Below, piece by piece: positions 1 to 14,459 of a stretch of 64,000 nt of DNA. Made by a program: the position numbers and the translations under genes. Within the stretch, counting starts at the first letter, position 1. Every line of letters begins with the position of its first letter. Location of the stretch: NCBI GenBank assembly GCA_951406725.2, contig OX597814.1, forward strand, positions 156,178,001-156,242,000, written 5' to 3'. The stretch comes from Octopus vulgaris (Eukaryota). The notes beneath the pieces are model-generated. The model made no database searches, was not told where the DNA came from, and saw nothing but the letters and a program-made list of their open reading frames with translations.

Positions 1-2367
1 TCTCTCGTTGGCTGTTCTTGTTCGGAATTCCTGATCACTCTCAAGTACATTTTTTAACTCTTTCTACACTAGCAGCATACTGTAGTAGGTCTTCTTTGCT
101 GTTTACCATATATTCTGCCATGTTTCTTCTTTCACTGTTGATGCACTCCCGTACGCTAATCAGCCCACGTCCACCCTTACTTCTATTCATGTACATTTTC
201 TTTAGTGTGTGTGTGTGGGTGGGGGGCACCATGCATTGTCATTGTCTTTCGGGTAGTGCGATGGAAACGGTCAATCTCCGCTTTTGTCCATCTCAGGATG
301 GGTGAACTATAGCGGACTACAGCAACAGCCCATATGTTAATGACAGTCGCAAGGTTCCTTGAGTTGAGCTTTGATTTCAAGAGAAGCTTGAGGCACTTGA
401 AATATGCAGTGATGAATTTGTCTTTCATGTCACTGTGCAAGATATTGTTCAGCTCCAGGATCCCAAGGTACTTGTACCCATCATCATCCGGGTTTTCAAC
501 TCTCTCTCCGTTTGGCAATTTTATGCCCCTACAATTTACTCTTTTCCCTTGCTTCAAAGTAAGCACCACACACTTAGCGATATCGAATTCCATCCCTATA
601 TCCTTGTTGCACAGTTGCACGTCTCAACCAGCCTCTCCATTTCAGGCACTGTTTTTGCGAACAGATTTAAATCATCCATGTGTGGAATAGCTGAGAACGT
701 CTGTGCACTGATTAAGGACAGCATGCCTTGTTGGAAAATGCATCTTTCCTGTAACAATCAGCACTTAGCCGAGGTAACAATCAAAAGCGGTATCTTCCAA
801 GGAGACTTTTGTTCACCTCTGCTAGTTGTTATAATCTTGATCCCACTTTCTATAGACCTACGTAAAATCAACGTGCACTATGAGCCTTCTCTTGGTCGGC
901 ATTTAACAAGGTGTTGAGTTGTGCAGCTATTCGTGCATGACATTCACCAAATCTTTTGATCCAGTAGCCTTCAACTCCATCTGGTCCCGGGCCCTTCCAG
1001 TTGCTCATCTATTTGCTGATTTCCTTCACTTCCCTAACTGAAATGACTAGTTTTGCCTGTTTTAGACAGACGACTGTTTGTTTCACTTTCTAACAACCAT
1101 TCAGTAACCTTCTTGTGCTCCTTGTCTTTGCTCCAGATGTCACTCCAAAACTTTTGACTTTCAATGTTATCTAGTATCAACTTTTCATCTGTACTCTCTC
1201 CATTTATTCTTTATAGAATCTCTTCTGATCTACTCTGAATAGCATATTCTGGTGCTAACCTTTCATTCTTTGGTCGCATCTTTCTATCTTTGCTTACTTT
1301 GCAACGAGGCGCTGATTCAGTTCTTCCATTACCAATATTCTTTCAATATTATACTTACTTTTCAGCACCCTGTATTTTCGTTCGCTTTTAAGTTCCCCTT
1401 TCTATTTTCGGTCTAACACAGAAACTTTCTTCGGGGGCATATCTAACCCTGCCTGGATTCTTTTTTTCCACCATGGTTCTTTTCTTTTGTCACTCCTATT
1501 ATATTTCTTTTTCTTGACACCAACACCAACATTTTCTACTACAACAATAGTTATTGCCTTGATCAAATTATTTTTTCTGTGATGTTGTTTGTTCTGATGG
1601 ATTTCAGAATTTCATTGACATTTTTCGTTTCTTGGTTCAATTTCCATCGATTAACCCTTTTAATGTTGCAAATAATGTCGCTATCGTTCTCCTGTAGCCT
1701 TAGCTTTATTCTGTCGTAGATTGCCTTTTGCTCATCTGTCATGTCACTATTAGTTTTATCGTCTTCTTTCAGATCATTTATATATCACTCATCAAGTAAG
1801 TTACCACTGCTCCTTTCCTGTGCTGTGAGATTACTTTTATTAGTAAGAACTGTATTTTCATCATTATCTCTGCTGCTATTTTCCAAAACCCCTCTTTTGA
1901 TGGCTTCGATCTCTACTTCTGTGAACCAACGATTTTTCTTATTGTTCTAGCTTGATCACATAATCTCTGTTCCGTGAGTTGAAACAATCCCTTTTCTCTC
2001 CAATGATCATACATACGTTGTCGATAACCCCTAATCTGAGCACCATCTTCATCTACCGTGTTGCTCGGGTAGTAACACTCCATGACCACAGCATTAATTT
2101 GCTTACTCCATCTACGCAGTGTGTGATGCTCCCTTTCTGGATATCGATAGGCTGGAGCCGGACCAGAATTTCTGAGCGTACGGAGTGCAACACTGTCACC
2201 ATCAATGATTCCAGTTTCATTACCACCATTATTAACAATACTTTGTGTATTCATTGTCACTCATATGAGGTAGCGATTATTAGGTTGCGCAATTACCAGT
2301 GTTTTTATTGTGACACCATCACTAGATGTATTATAAATCAGGACATGGGGAGACTCCACCTGCTCCT

Positions 2368-2370
<3 letters not shown>
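1..2370 (-). mobile_element. R4/Dong-clade non-LTR retrotransposon, decayed; 5' end present, 3' part runs off the window start
   Basis: Minus-strand peptides: N-terminal 'RRWSKQINAVVMECYY...RGYRQRMYDHWREKGLFQLTEQRLCDQARTIRK' (1913-2260), 'NWKGPGPDGVEGYWIKRF' (~950-1008), 'MDDLNLFAK...KDIGMEF...YKYLGILE...SKLNSRN' (183-679), 'GGRGLISV' (41-232). It has frameshifts and stops. The 5' end abuts a (TAA)n tract, the known Dong target. Confidence 0.9.
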
Positions 2371-2444
<74 letters not shown>

Positions 2445-2472
2445 CATCATCATCATTATTGATGTTGTTGTT
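2371..2472. repeat. (TAT)n/(CAT)n microsatellite at the 5' junction of the Dong-like element
   Basis: Direct observation. Confidence 0.97.
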
Positions 2473-2477
2473 ATTAA

Positions 2478-2610
2478 AGCGGACAAATACTTACCAGTAT
2501 TTCGTCCGGGTCCAGCCGAGGTTGACTTTCGCTTTCATCCTTTCAGAGTCGATGAAATAAGTACCGGTTGAGTACTAGGATCGTAATCGACCAGTACCCA
2601 TCACCACAGT
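2478..2610 (+). mobile_element. SINE family A, partial degenerate copy
   Basis: Matches the core 'ccgaggtcgactttgcctttcatcctttcggggtcgataaattaagtacc' seen at 27560, 37940 and 56153. Confidence 0.75.
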
Positions 2611-5600
2611 GGTTACAAAAGAGTGGGTCCTCATTATTATCATCTACAATGAACTGTTGTTGTTTTTGTTTTCACAGAGAACAAGGAAATAGATCATACC
2701 ATGATTATTTATTAGTAAAAAATGTGTCTTTTCTTCTTCCCTCTCTCTAGAATATTGATAAAGATCTTGGTAAAGATAAAGAGTCCACCCTATTTCCCTT
2801 GGGCAGGACAAACGAATAGCTCTGAGGCGTGTAATGCTTAATTGGCGAAACTGAAAATATATTATCTATACCTTTTAAATGTCGAGACATTGTCACATAA
2901 CATAATAAAATAATACCAGTATTGGTATTATTTTATTTGTATTTAATTCAACTAATATTTGTTTTGACATTATTTTATTTAACTGCATAAATTTCTAGCA
3001 TCTGTATATGAATATAAAGAACAAAGTTGAAAATATTAATTCAAATGGAAAATGAAAACAGTGCAAACAATTCAAGTAGCAATGACAGTATCAACATTAC
3101 CATCACCATCAACAACAAAACAACAGTTCATCTTTTGTAACTGTTGTAGGTCATAAGGAGCTCCTCGATATTTCTTATCTACAGAAAGAAAATGTAGGGA
3201 GGGTAAGTCGGGAGAGAGAGAGAGGAGAGGGAGAGAAGAAGTGGAGCAGGAGGGAGCGACACAGAAAGAGACCAAAAGAGTAAGTGAGAGAGATTTTCTA
3301 TCTGAAAAATGTATTAAAGCAAAACCGAAGAAAGTAACATATTTCTGTAATCGAATAATAGTGAGAATTTACATATGCTAACGAAAATGTTGCAGGGAGT
3401 GTCTAGTTAAGAAGTGTTGGTGAACCATATCCCCATCCTTCTGCTGTTGCTGCAATACACTGACAAAATGAAGATAGATAATAGTACTGGTGTTTACCAT
3501 TGCTTTGTTGTTACTTCTGTGACGCAACACATGTAGATAGTGGGTGGGAGCTGACCCCCAACAACATTGGCTGAGTTAGGGATGAATGGGTGTCCAGATT
3601 TCGAAATACAACGAAGATGAGATCATTATCATTTAAATGTATATTATCGAGAAAATGGTGCCGTTATTACACGCGTGGTAGCAAATATTATCTGAATGCC
3701 TTCTGCCCAAAATAGAAAAATACAAAATAATGATATGACGAAAGAAAGGTGGTGACCAAATTAGGGCCCTAAACATAAAACAATGGCTGATACTGCCTTA
3801 TTCTCACTGAACCGACGGCTTTATTTCTGAATTTTGCCGAACTGAAAGCAAAAATAAATAAATCTCGATCCATTTGCACCTGGGTCTAATGTTGCAGAAC
3901 AATGAGAAACTGTAGAGTTTACTCCCCCAGTGCAGAATGGACCGCACGAAATGGACGAAAATAATTCTTAAATTATCCTCTTGAAGTGGAGAAAAGGACG
4001 TAGAGATTGAGGAAATGTAAGAAACCACATAGAATAATAAAAAAAATTAAGATGGGGCAGAAATCAAAGACTTAATGGAGAGATTAAAAATAGGTAGGAT
4101 GCTGATTGTCAACAAACTGAGACCTAATTTTCTGAAGTGCATGACTTTTATTACTGTCCGGATTAGGTATGGTCTTGTAGAACTAATGAATGAAGCAAAA
4201 AGGAAAGGAAAGGGGTATTCTCTGATTGAGGTGGAGGTTAATAATGTTTACATCAAAATGATAGATTCTTCGTGGAAACCACAGCAACATTTATCTAGAG
4301 ATAATGAAATACCAAGTGCCGCGGGGCTTCTCCACGATATGGCTAAATCTGGGATATTCAGGATTAGTGCATTAACCAATCAGATAAACTCATGATTTAT
4401 AGTATGTATAAACATTTAAATGATATACAAAGTGATCAATAATTTAAAGATCAATATTTTTTCATTCTTGAGTTTAGATATAAACTGCCACTAAATCATT
4501 TGTTGTTCTACAAAACTGGCTTTCGTTCATATGACTTATCAATTTAGAAGCTTACCTTGTACTTTCACATTCCATTTATCGCTCTTATATTCAATATTAT
4601 GCAAAAAAAACTTTTTTACCAGAACATTATCCACTATCAACTTTTTCTTTTCAAGTTAAAAATTTTAGTTCCCTGAATTGGACATTAACTAAATGTGTAT
4701 AATTCAGTTATCCTTATTTACTGGCTTAGGATATCGTATATTAGCTCGAAAACATGCCATTGGTTCTCAGATAAGTTATTTATTACACTCGGTGCCCCAG
4801 CATGGTCGCTGTCTAATGACTGAAACCAGTAGAATAATAAAAATAATAAAAGAATGATGCATATAGTAAGTAACACTATTTGTTCAATTGCTATATTACA
4901 ATTTTACAGCTCTTTGAATATGATTAGCCAAGCAATATTTCTATCAAATCTTTGTCTGAATTCAAGCAAATGATATTTCGATTTAATTGGTTGGTACCTC
5001 CATGCAGTAATGCAATAGAATAGAAATGTAAAGTTCCCAAAGTGCCGAGTCTGCTATACAGTTTCAGTTCTTTTATAGCAATTTACTTTTACTCAGAACG
5101 CTAATTCCCGTGATAGATCCTTGAAAATCTCGTAATTACATTCCTCTCCTACAAATCTGAGGTATACCAATCCTGGCATTATTTTATTCTTTTGTTTGAT
5201 GACAATACTTCGAAAGGTCGAGATAAAGATATTTTCCGTGCGGCCTATTAAATAATACACGCTTTCTGGTTATTCGTCTACGCTCTCGCATGCACAGAAG
5301 GCAGATAACGTAGCTACTTTTATAGTATGTTTCAAAATCACGAAGACAGTTATTGATGGTGAGATTTCAAAAAGCAATGCATATAAAGCTTAACATTTAC
5401 CACCCTCATAAAATCAATGCATCTAATTGTCCATTGAAGATTACCGCTGATTACCGATAATCTAGTATACATTTAAGAATGTAAATATGCATATGTGTGT
5501 GTCTAAAAGTATGCATGTATGTATGTAGTTTACTGAGCGGGCTAGTTCTGTTCTATACATCGTTATAGTTATCCAGCCACATCATATATCCATATTGTAA

Positions 5601-5804
5601 TTTGAAAGATCTATGAAGGTTTGAATCATTTTGGTACACATACAATTAAGTTTCATCGCACGTGTGTATATTTTTGTAAATATGCGTATATGATGCGTGC
5701 ATGTATTATGCACATATAATAAGAATATGTATTCATAACCCTGCTTATGTATAGTATCCATAAAGTTTCAATGAAGCACTAGAAGTTTTTAAAAGTACAG
5801 TGAA

Positions 5805-6135
5805 AATCGATGTAAACATAGTCATCTATTTTAGATATGCCGATAAATGATCCCTATTGGTGGGAGCTTAGAATTGACGATCATGATGAAGAAACTAGAA
5901 AAAATGGTAAAGAATATGGTTTGCTCATTAATTTTGAGAAAACTAGATCAATGACAATCTTTGGACATATGATTAAGAAGCCCATATAATAATTGATGAC
6001 CAAACTGTCAGAATGGTGTATATATCATGCTAAATTGGAAGTATGTTACGAATCAATGTGATGACAGCAACGAGATAAAATGAAGGATAACACCAGCAAA
6101 ATCTGATATCATTTTGAACAGCATTTGGAAGAATA
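5805..6135 (+). mobile_element. RTE-like LINE reverse transcriptase relic
   Basis: Degenerate 'FRYADK...MMKKLEK..KEYGLLINFEKTRSM...DSNEIK*RI...LNSIWK', matching the RTE YADD region and downstream motifs. Confidence 0.65.
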
Positions 6136-6519
6136 CATCGATACGTAACATAAAAATAATAATAATGAAATAAAAAAATAAAAACGGATAAAATTTCTAC
6201 AAACTTTGTTAGTTAGTGATGCATGAATACGAATGTTGGACTCTTAAAGAACCTGATATAAGAAGAAAGATTCCATGTAAAATATGTAAAACAAGAGATG
6301 CTAAGAATTAGCTGAGCCGTAAAGAAAGGACAAAAGAGTATTTTCTCAAACTAGAACTGAATAGTGTCATGTAAACAGACAGAAGAAACAAAATCGTAGA
6401 TAGTTCGTGCATAGAAAATCGATGGATGTTTCGAAAGTTCTGGAAAAGACCAAGAGAAAGATCTAGTAAGAAACTGGATTAGTAATATTGTGTAGTGAAT
6501 ATATTTTAAAATGCAATAA

Positions 6520-6935
6520 CGCGTGACTGTGAGGTAAGAAGTTTGCTTCTCAACCACATGATCTAGGGTCCAGTCCCATTGCGTGGAACCTGAGACAAGT
6601 GTCCTCTACTTTAATCCTGGGTCGACAAAAACCTTGTGAGTGGATTTCGTGGATGGAAACTGAAAGAAACCCGTCATTTATATGTGTGTGTGCGTGTGCG
6701 TGTGTGTTTGTATGCGTGGGTGCATGTGTTTGTGTTTACGTTAAGTACCTCACCACCGCTTGATAACCGGTGTTTAGTTTGTTTACATCCGAGTCACTTA
6801 GCAGCTTGGCAACAGATATAAGTAACAAATTTTAAACAAATAAATTCTGGCATCGATAATTCGACTGAACTGTTCAAGGCGGCGCCCCAGCATGACAGCA
6901 GTCAAATGAGTGAAAAAAGATAAAAAAAATAAGAA
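6520..6935 (+). mobile_element. SINE family B (tRNA head, internal CA/TA microsatellite), diverged copy
   Basis: Colinear with the copies at 38390, 49716 and 56388 ('gtaagaagtttgcttctcaaccacatg...ttgtgagtggattt...ggaaactgaaagaa...ccagcatg'). A tail-only fragment lies at ~4790-4855. Confidence 0.85.
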
Positions 6936-7560
6936 GAACAAGATAAAATGGAGACTTAAAGGACAAATCAACTACACCCCATGTGATGGTGTTTGCACAA
7001 TGAAGATATTGTATGTACGTGTTTGTGTGTGTGTGCGCACTTTTAGTTTTATGTAACAATTTCCTGTAACTGTTTATTGAGTATCAAATTAACTTATGTT
7101 GGTCAAAGCCCCATAACAAGTTGCCGAGGTTACAATATAGCCAGGATCACATTACATACAAATCGTTGATCCAATCCATTGGAAATCAAACTGCTTAAAA
7201 GACCCGGATCCCCCCTGAGTTGATATATCTTTTTAAATTTCCAGTGTGTTCATCAATATCTTCGTGGTTGACTTAATCTGTCAAACGGTTTAACGCCTGC
7301 GTTTTACTCCTGAATGCCTTGAGTTTTGTTCACGCTGATATCAGAACTGGTATCGGGACGTCATAAGACTGTGCTTAAAGCGACATCTAAGTGCTTGCTT
7401 CTTCCATCAACAACATAATATATCAGCATTGAGGAAAGAATACACTCTAATACACGTTATAGATGTATGTCTGTGCATATATGTGAGTGTGTGCATGTGT
7501 CATGTGTCTGTTTTTGTAGATGTGTGTGTATGTATATATATATATATATATATATATACA

Positions 7561-7637
<77 letters not shown>

Positions 7638-7639
7638 CT

Positions 7640-7938
7640 GGAGGCGCAATGGACCAGTGGTTAGGGCAGCAGACTCGCGGTTTCGATTCCCAAACCGGGC
7701 GTTGTGAGTGCTTATTGACCGAAAACACCTAAAAGCTCCACGAGGCTCCGGCAGGGGGTGGTGGCGATCCCTGCTGTACTCTTTCGCCACAACTTTCTCT
7801 CATTCTTTCTTCTGTTGGCCTGCTCACTTAGCCAGCGGGGTCGCGTCAATTGAAGGCTAAAACAATACGAAGCGCATTGTGACCAGCGATGTGTAGCAAC
7901 ATCTGATTACCTGGTAGGTCACGGTGATCACGGTGATA
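7640..7938 (+). mobile_element. SINE family C (tRNA-derived head), tail type 1
   Basis: Head 'ggaggcgcaatggaccagtggttagggcagc...tttcgattccc' (A/B-box like) is shared with 51141 (+) and 47450 (-). Ends in a short 'cacggtgat' tandem. Confidence 0.85.
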
Positions 7939-8379
7939 ATACCAAACCTTTACTCCCTACTCCAACTCTTCAATTTTTATGGACAATTTTCTTACGTTTT
8001 ATATAACAGCCGCTAAGCTGTATATATGTACCTACATTTTTCTGATGCTTGAATTTTCAGAGAATTATACGTGTGTGTGTGTGTTTGCATATGTGCATAC
8101 CTATATCGACATATACATATATTAAACTTGTATATATTTACGTAATGTAGATACGTGAGCTCGACTCATGATCATAACGCTACACGTTCAATTCTTTGAC
8201 TTGTTGGCACTCTGCTTCCTAGAGCAATGCAGTTCATACCGCACTGCTCGTATCTTCTCGGTTGAAAGTGTTGTATCACCCAAGTGTTGTACAACACTTT
8301 GTCTCAATTCATCTCTCGCATTTTAGATGATCCACTGGCCAAACCGTTTTCGTATCTTCACTAATCAATTCACCAATTA

Positions 8380-9350
8380 TTGGTGTAAAATTAACTAGAG
8401 TTTTGTCCTTTCTTTTATTAAAACGCATAAGGCCAGAGCTTCCATTAACACAATAGATTTGAATCAGTTCTCTTTGTCTTTGTCTTACTGCCCCTCGTGT
8501 TTATTTTCTGGTATTTCCAGAAGGTCTGGCGCCACATGTTCTTGAGTGAAAGTTACTTTTGTTTTCTTGTGGGTTCCGCATCATTTCATTCTGTGCACAC
8601 TGGGTGTCTGTCAAGTGCAATGTATTACCAGCTAGGCCAAACCGAAGTAAGGATATGCTTTGCAGCGATTGGGATTTTTGTTTTCCAGAAAGGATTTTTC
8701 TTTTGGGATAATGCTAGACTTAATGACTTCCAGAATCTTTCATAAGAGTCATTCGTAAAATATTTCCAGCTTCTTGATTAAGTTTTTGGTCAGTCTCCAT
8801 GTTTAACTGCAGAAATATCGCGCTAAACATTTACGCAAATATTGCGCTTACAGAAATATTGTGCTAAATAGATGGACCTTTACAGCAATGCTAGATTCAT
8901 GACCTATACTGAATTATGGATGCAATCTTACCAATTCTTTTTTTCACATCATTTTTAATGTTTCCACTATAACTGATCACACTGACCGCGTAGGAAAATT
9001 TATGGGTTTTGGCCGCCCAATGCGGTCAGTATATGCCGAACACGTAATGCCATGCTACTGGAAGCTGGCGTCCAATGAGGACGGGAAATTTGAGTTATGG
9101 AATTAATCCGAACAGCATATTTTTTCCATAGCTAATTTTCAATCCAATTTTTCCTGCTTGCTCTTTGATGTTTGCAGTCTAATTCATATAATGCAATGTC
9201 ATCGTCAAAGCCCAAATCGCAATGCGTTTCCATTATTTCCCACTTAGTTTTGCAGTGCTTCCATTAGTTTCCATCATCATTATGAAGCCAACTGCTAACA
9301 AGAAAGAGAGTGGCAGGAGGAAACAGCCTTGTGGGACGCCAACGATGTGA
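8380..9350 (-). mobile_element. RTE-clade LINE 3' half, heavily decayed
   Basis: Minus strand reads 'GVPQGCFLLPLSFLLAVGFIM' (~9275-9345), 'DLGFDDDIA' (~9190-9220) and an RTE-like C-terminus ending 'QDKEN...ALC' (~8410-8480). Confidence 0.75.
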
Positions 9351-9639
9351 TAAATTATCAGCATGTTTATTAGCACTATAACGTGGAGCATAATGAACAG
9401 TCAGAAACAATCATGATGACATTTAGATAGTGGATGGCTAGGCTGATATTGTTGTTCGTGATGATGAGAAGTAGAGAGAGAGAGAGAGAGAGAGGACAAA
9501 GACTAGGAAGAGGTGGACGGATAACAGAAGGGGAATAACATTGTTGAATGCGAGCATGGGGACACAATGATAATGGTAAGGAATGGGAGCAGTACGGTCT
9601 CGAAGAGGAGATTTCAAAACACTTTGTTCTTCTGTTCAT

Positions 9640-11460
<1,821 letters not shown>

Positions 11461-13914
11461 GTAATCTGTTTTATGGAACAGCGGCGGACGACTCATTGAG
11501 TTACGCTAGCCTTAAAACATTGCCGTAGTTATTTTGTTATATTTTTCTGGGGTTTTTTTTTTCTGCTAACACAATCCTGTTTATAGATGTGTAATGCAGT
11601 ATACTTTATTAGTGCAGAAGTAGAAAAAAAATGTAGTGCAATATAGTGTATTCCAGCGTAGTGTAATTTTAGTGAAACGTCGTAGAGATCTGACATTCAG
11701 AAGTATTTATAATCTACGAGTCTAGTGTTGTAGAGCAGTGCCGTGGTGGTAGTGGTGGAGATCCAATGTACAATACTACTGTAAGGCGTTGTGTAATGTA
11801 TAAGTAGTTAGTAGTAATATAGAAGTGTAGAATAATGGGATGTGCTGCATTTTAATGTTGAGTAGGTTTTATGCAGAAATAATTAATGTTGCCTCGGCAG
11901 AAATTTTCTTTAGGTTTCTCTTACTATATTTGTCCTTTTAATCTCATCCAGATCAGCATTACCTTTTCTCTTTCCTCCAGAGCAGCGGAATTAAATCCGA
12001 GTAATATGCAAGAATCGATTCAATCAACTAAACATACTCTTTTCTAGTAATTGACATTGTACACTTTCAAAAACAAGAAAAAAGTAAGAAAGAAAAATAT
12101 AGAAAAAAATCTTCTTTTTTTTTCAATTCAGCAAGGAAGAAGAAATATCTGATTTAACTGAATGTTTACTTATGAATCAAGGCTTTGGGTTATTGCAATA
12201 TAATGCAATATATTGCAATATTAAGTGTTTAGTTTATTTCTTTCACACGAATTCTGTCGTTCCCTCTGCATCTGTGTTGAAACTGAAGCATTTCCAGTTT
12301 GTCTTTTAGCTGTTGTTGTTCTCTTTTTTGTGTATCGTTCATTCTCATTGCTTTTGCTGCAATTCTATTTATTCCACCGTATCGTGTTCTTAAAATATAT
12401 GCTGCAACAACTTTGAAGCTGAGCTGCAATGTAAAAGCTAAACCGCATTTTACGATTTCTGTTTTAGATGGGAAGATTTCACACTATAATTGCCAAAAAT
12501 GTTGCTAAAGAGACATGCCCACCATAAACTTCCTTATAATGTCGAGTGTTTTATTGAGCCTTTCTTTTTATTCAGAATATATGAGTGATAAAATACAACT
12601 GTAAAATATATATTCTGAAGGATGTTACTGTAATTGCTTTAATTTAAAAATAAATCATTATCGATGTTTTATTTATACACATTGGTATCAGATTTATGGT
12701 ATCGTGGGTGGTAATATTGTGTGACATCCTTGCGGATAGATTTACAGATGATGGTAGTTTCTTTGAGTTCGATGATCATGAGGAAGCACGGTGCGCCCTG
12801 AAGTGGCAATGTAAACTGGTCTTTGACGCTGCAAGGCTTTTCTTCCTACCTGCGCTTGGGGCCCCACCACCAGATGCAGTTTAAAGTCATCCCCTGGACT
12901 AGATAGATTTACAAACTTACGTGGAATTAACACATGACACTTAGTTAAATTGTTTTGCTCTGCGTTATTCCTCAACAGGATCAAAAATTATACTTACCTA
13001 CAAAAATGTAATTAAACTAAACAAAATTAAATAAATTTTAGAAATTAATTTAGAAAGGTTTTAGTTACAAATCTACTGTCAAAGTTATAAAATTTAAACC
13101 TTTACTATTTTTCTACATTTTCTTCTGTCTGCCATTGTAAGAAAATAATACTGTAGCTATAGTGCAAATATTAGATGCAATGATTTAATCTTTTAAATAT
13201 CAACTGCAGTGTGCGACTAAAATCACTATCTGATTCGTATTTGTGTTTTACGGAGTCTACAATATAGCGACATTCTAGTTAGATCCTAATCAGGGTATCT
13301 ATACATGTTGTGTTGTTATTTTTGCTTGGTTCTAGACCTACAATGAATCGCATTCCAACGGTAAATACTCCGCTTTGTATTTAGACATGCATTAACCCGT
13401 GTAAATTGAGATGCTAATATTCAGTAGGTTGATCAAACGCAGAAATTTTTCGTTGTTGGCTGGAGAGCGCAAAACACACGACTGCATTAGTACAACATGG
13501 ACATGCTAATTAATGTCGTAGAGAAGTGAAGATTAGTATCTTGATACTGAAGCGTAGTATTATATGACTAAGTTTAGTAGAGTGTTTAATAGTGAAATAG
13601 TTCAATGCGAATTTGGAGTGTTCTGCAATAAAGTAGTTTTGAGTAATGTAGTAGTGGTCTGTATTTCTACTGTTACTTCTTTCTACTACTGTTAGAAAAT
13701 AGTAGTCTAGTTATGTTGCACAGACTGGATGCAACAATTTATATAATTCGTACGTTCATTATGTAAGGTATTATTTAGTTTATCAACATGCAGTATTGAA
13801 ACAATTTCATCTTTTGAATATTGACTATGTGGACTCAGAGTCAAACGTGAAATCAGATACACACATATAACAATACCGCTTCATCTAATTCATATATTTA
13901 TATATATATATATA

Positions 13915-14150
13915 TAATGTAGTATAGTGTTCTATAATGTGATATATTTTTCTATTGTAAAATAGTGTTCTATGACGTAGCTGTGTGTTCTATAATATAG
14001 TATAATTTTTTTATAATGTATGAATGTGTTCTATAATGTAATATAGTGACGTATAATGTGATATAGCATTCTATAGAATAGTAAAGCTTTATTTATGACG
14101 GTATAGTGCCCTATATAGTACTGCAGAGATTTATAATGCAATCTTCTATG
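13915..14150. repeat. Degenerate ~20-bp minisatellite (TATAATGTAGTATAGTGTTC-like)
   Basis: About ten imperfect units with 'tataatgt...tagtgttc' periodicity. Confidence 0.7.
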
Positions 14151-14269
14151 ATGAAGTGCTGCCGTATCTAAGTACTACTGAATGGGAGCTCGAATATATT
14201 AATTCAAGTTATCATTTCTTTATATCTTAGCATCATAAATGCATTGCAATCCTTTGGCATTTGAATGAA

Positions 14270-14430
14270 GGCCTGTTCTTTGGTTGAGAAATTTGCTTTA
14301 CGAGTACTTGGTTACTGGTTCAATCCCACAGTGCAAATCTTGAATTACTAACTTCTGCCAGAGTCACACATTGATCAACTATTTGTGAGTGGAAAATTGT
14401 AGAAGGTAACTATGCAGAAGTATGTCGTAT
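14270..14430 (+). mobile_element. SINE family B, 5' half, very diverged
   Basis: 'ggttcaatcccacagtg...ttgtgagtggaaaattgtagaaggtaactatgcagaag' aligns by eye to the family B head. Confidence 0.55.
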
Positions 14431-14459
14431 ACACGCACACGCACATACACAGACACACA

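Noticed and set aside
2262-2370. HDV-like ribozyme in the Dong 5' UTR
   Set aside because: Such ribozymes are known in related LINEs, but I could not build consistent P1/P2/P3 pairings by eye.
3750-4395. 106-aa ORF at 4075-4395 as a gene or LINE fragment
   Set aside because: No recognisable motif or splice structure; possibly a very old LINE relic but unsupported.
11955-12006. Acceptor 'ttttctctttcctccag' with a 20-nt exon
   Set aside because: The donor (A|gtaata) is weak and there is no supporting coding signal.
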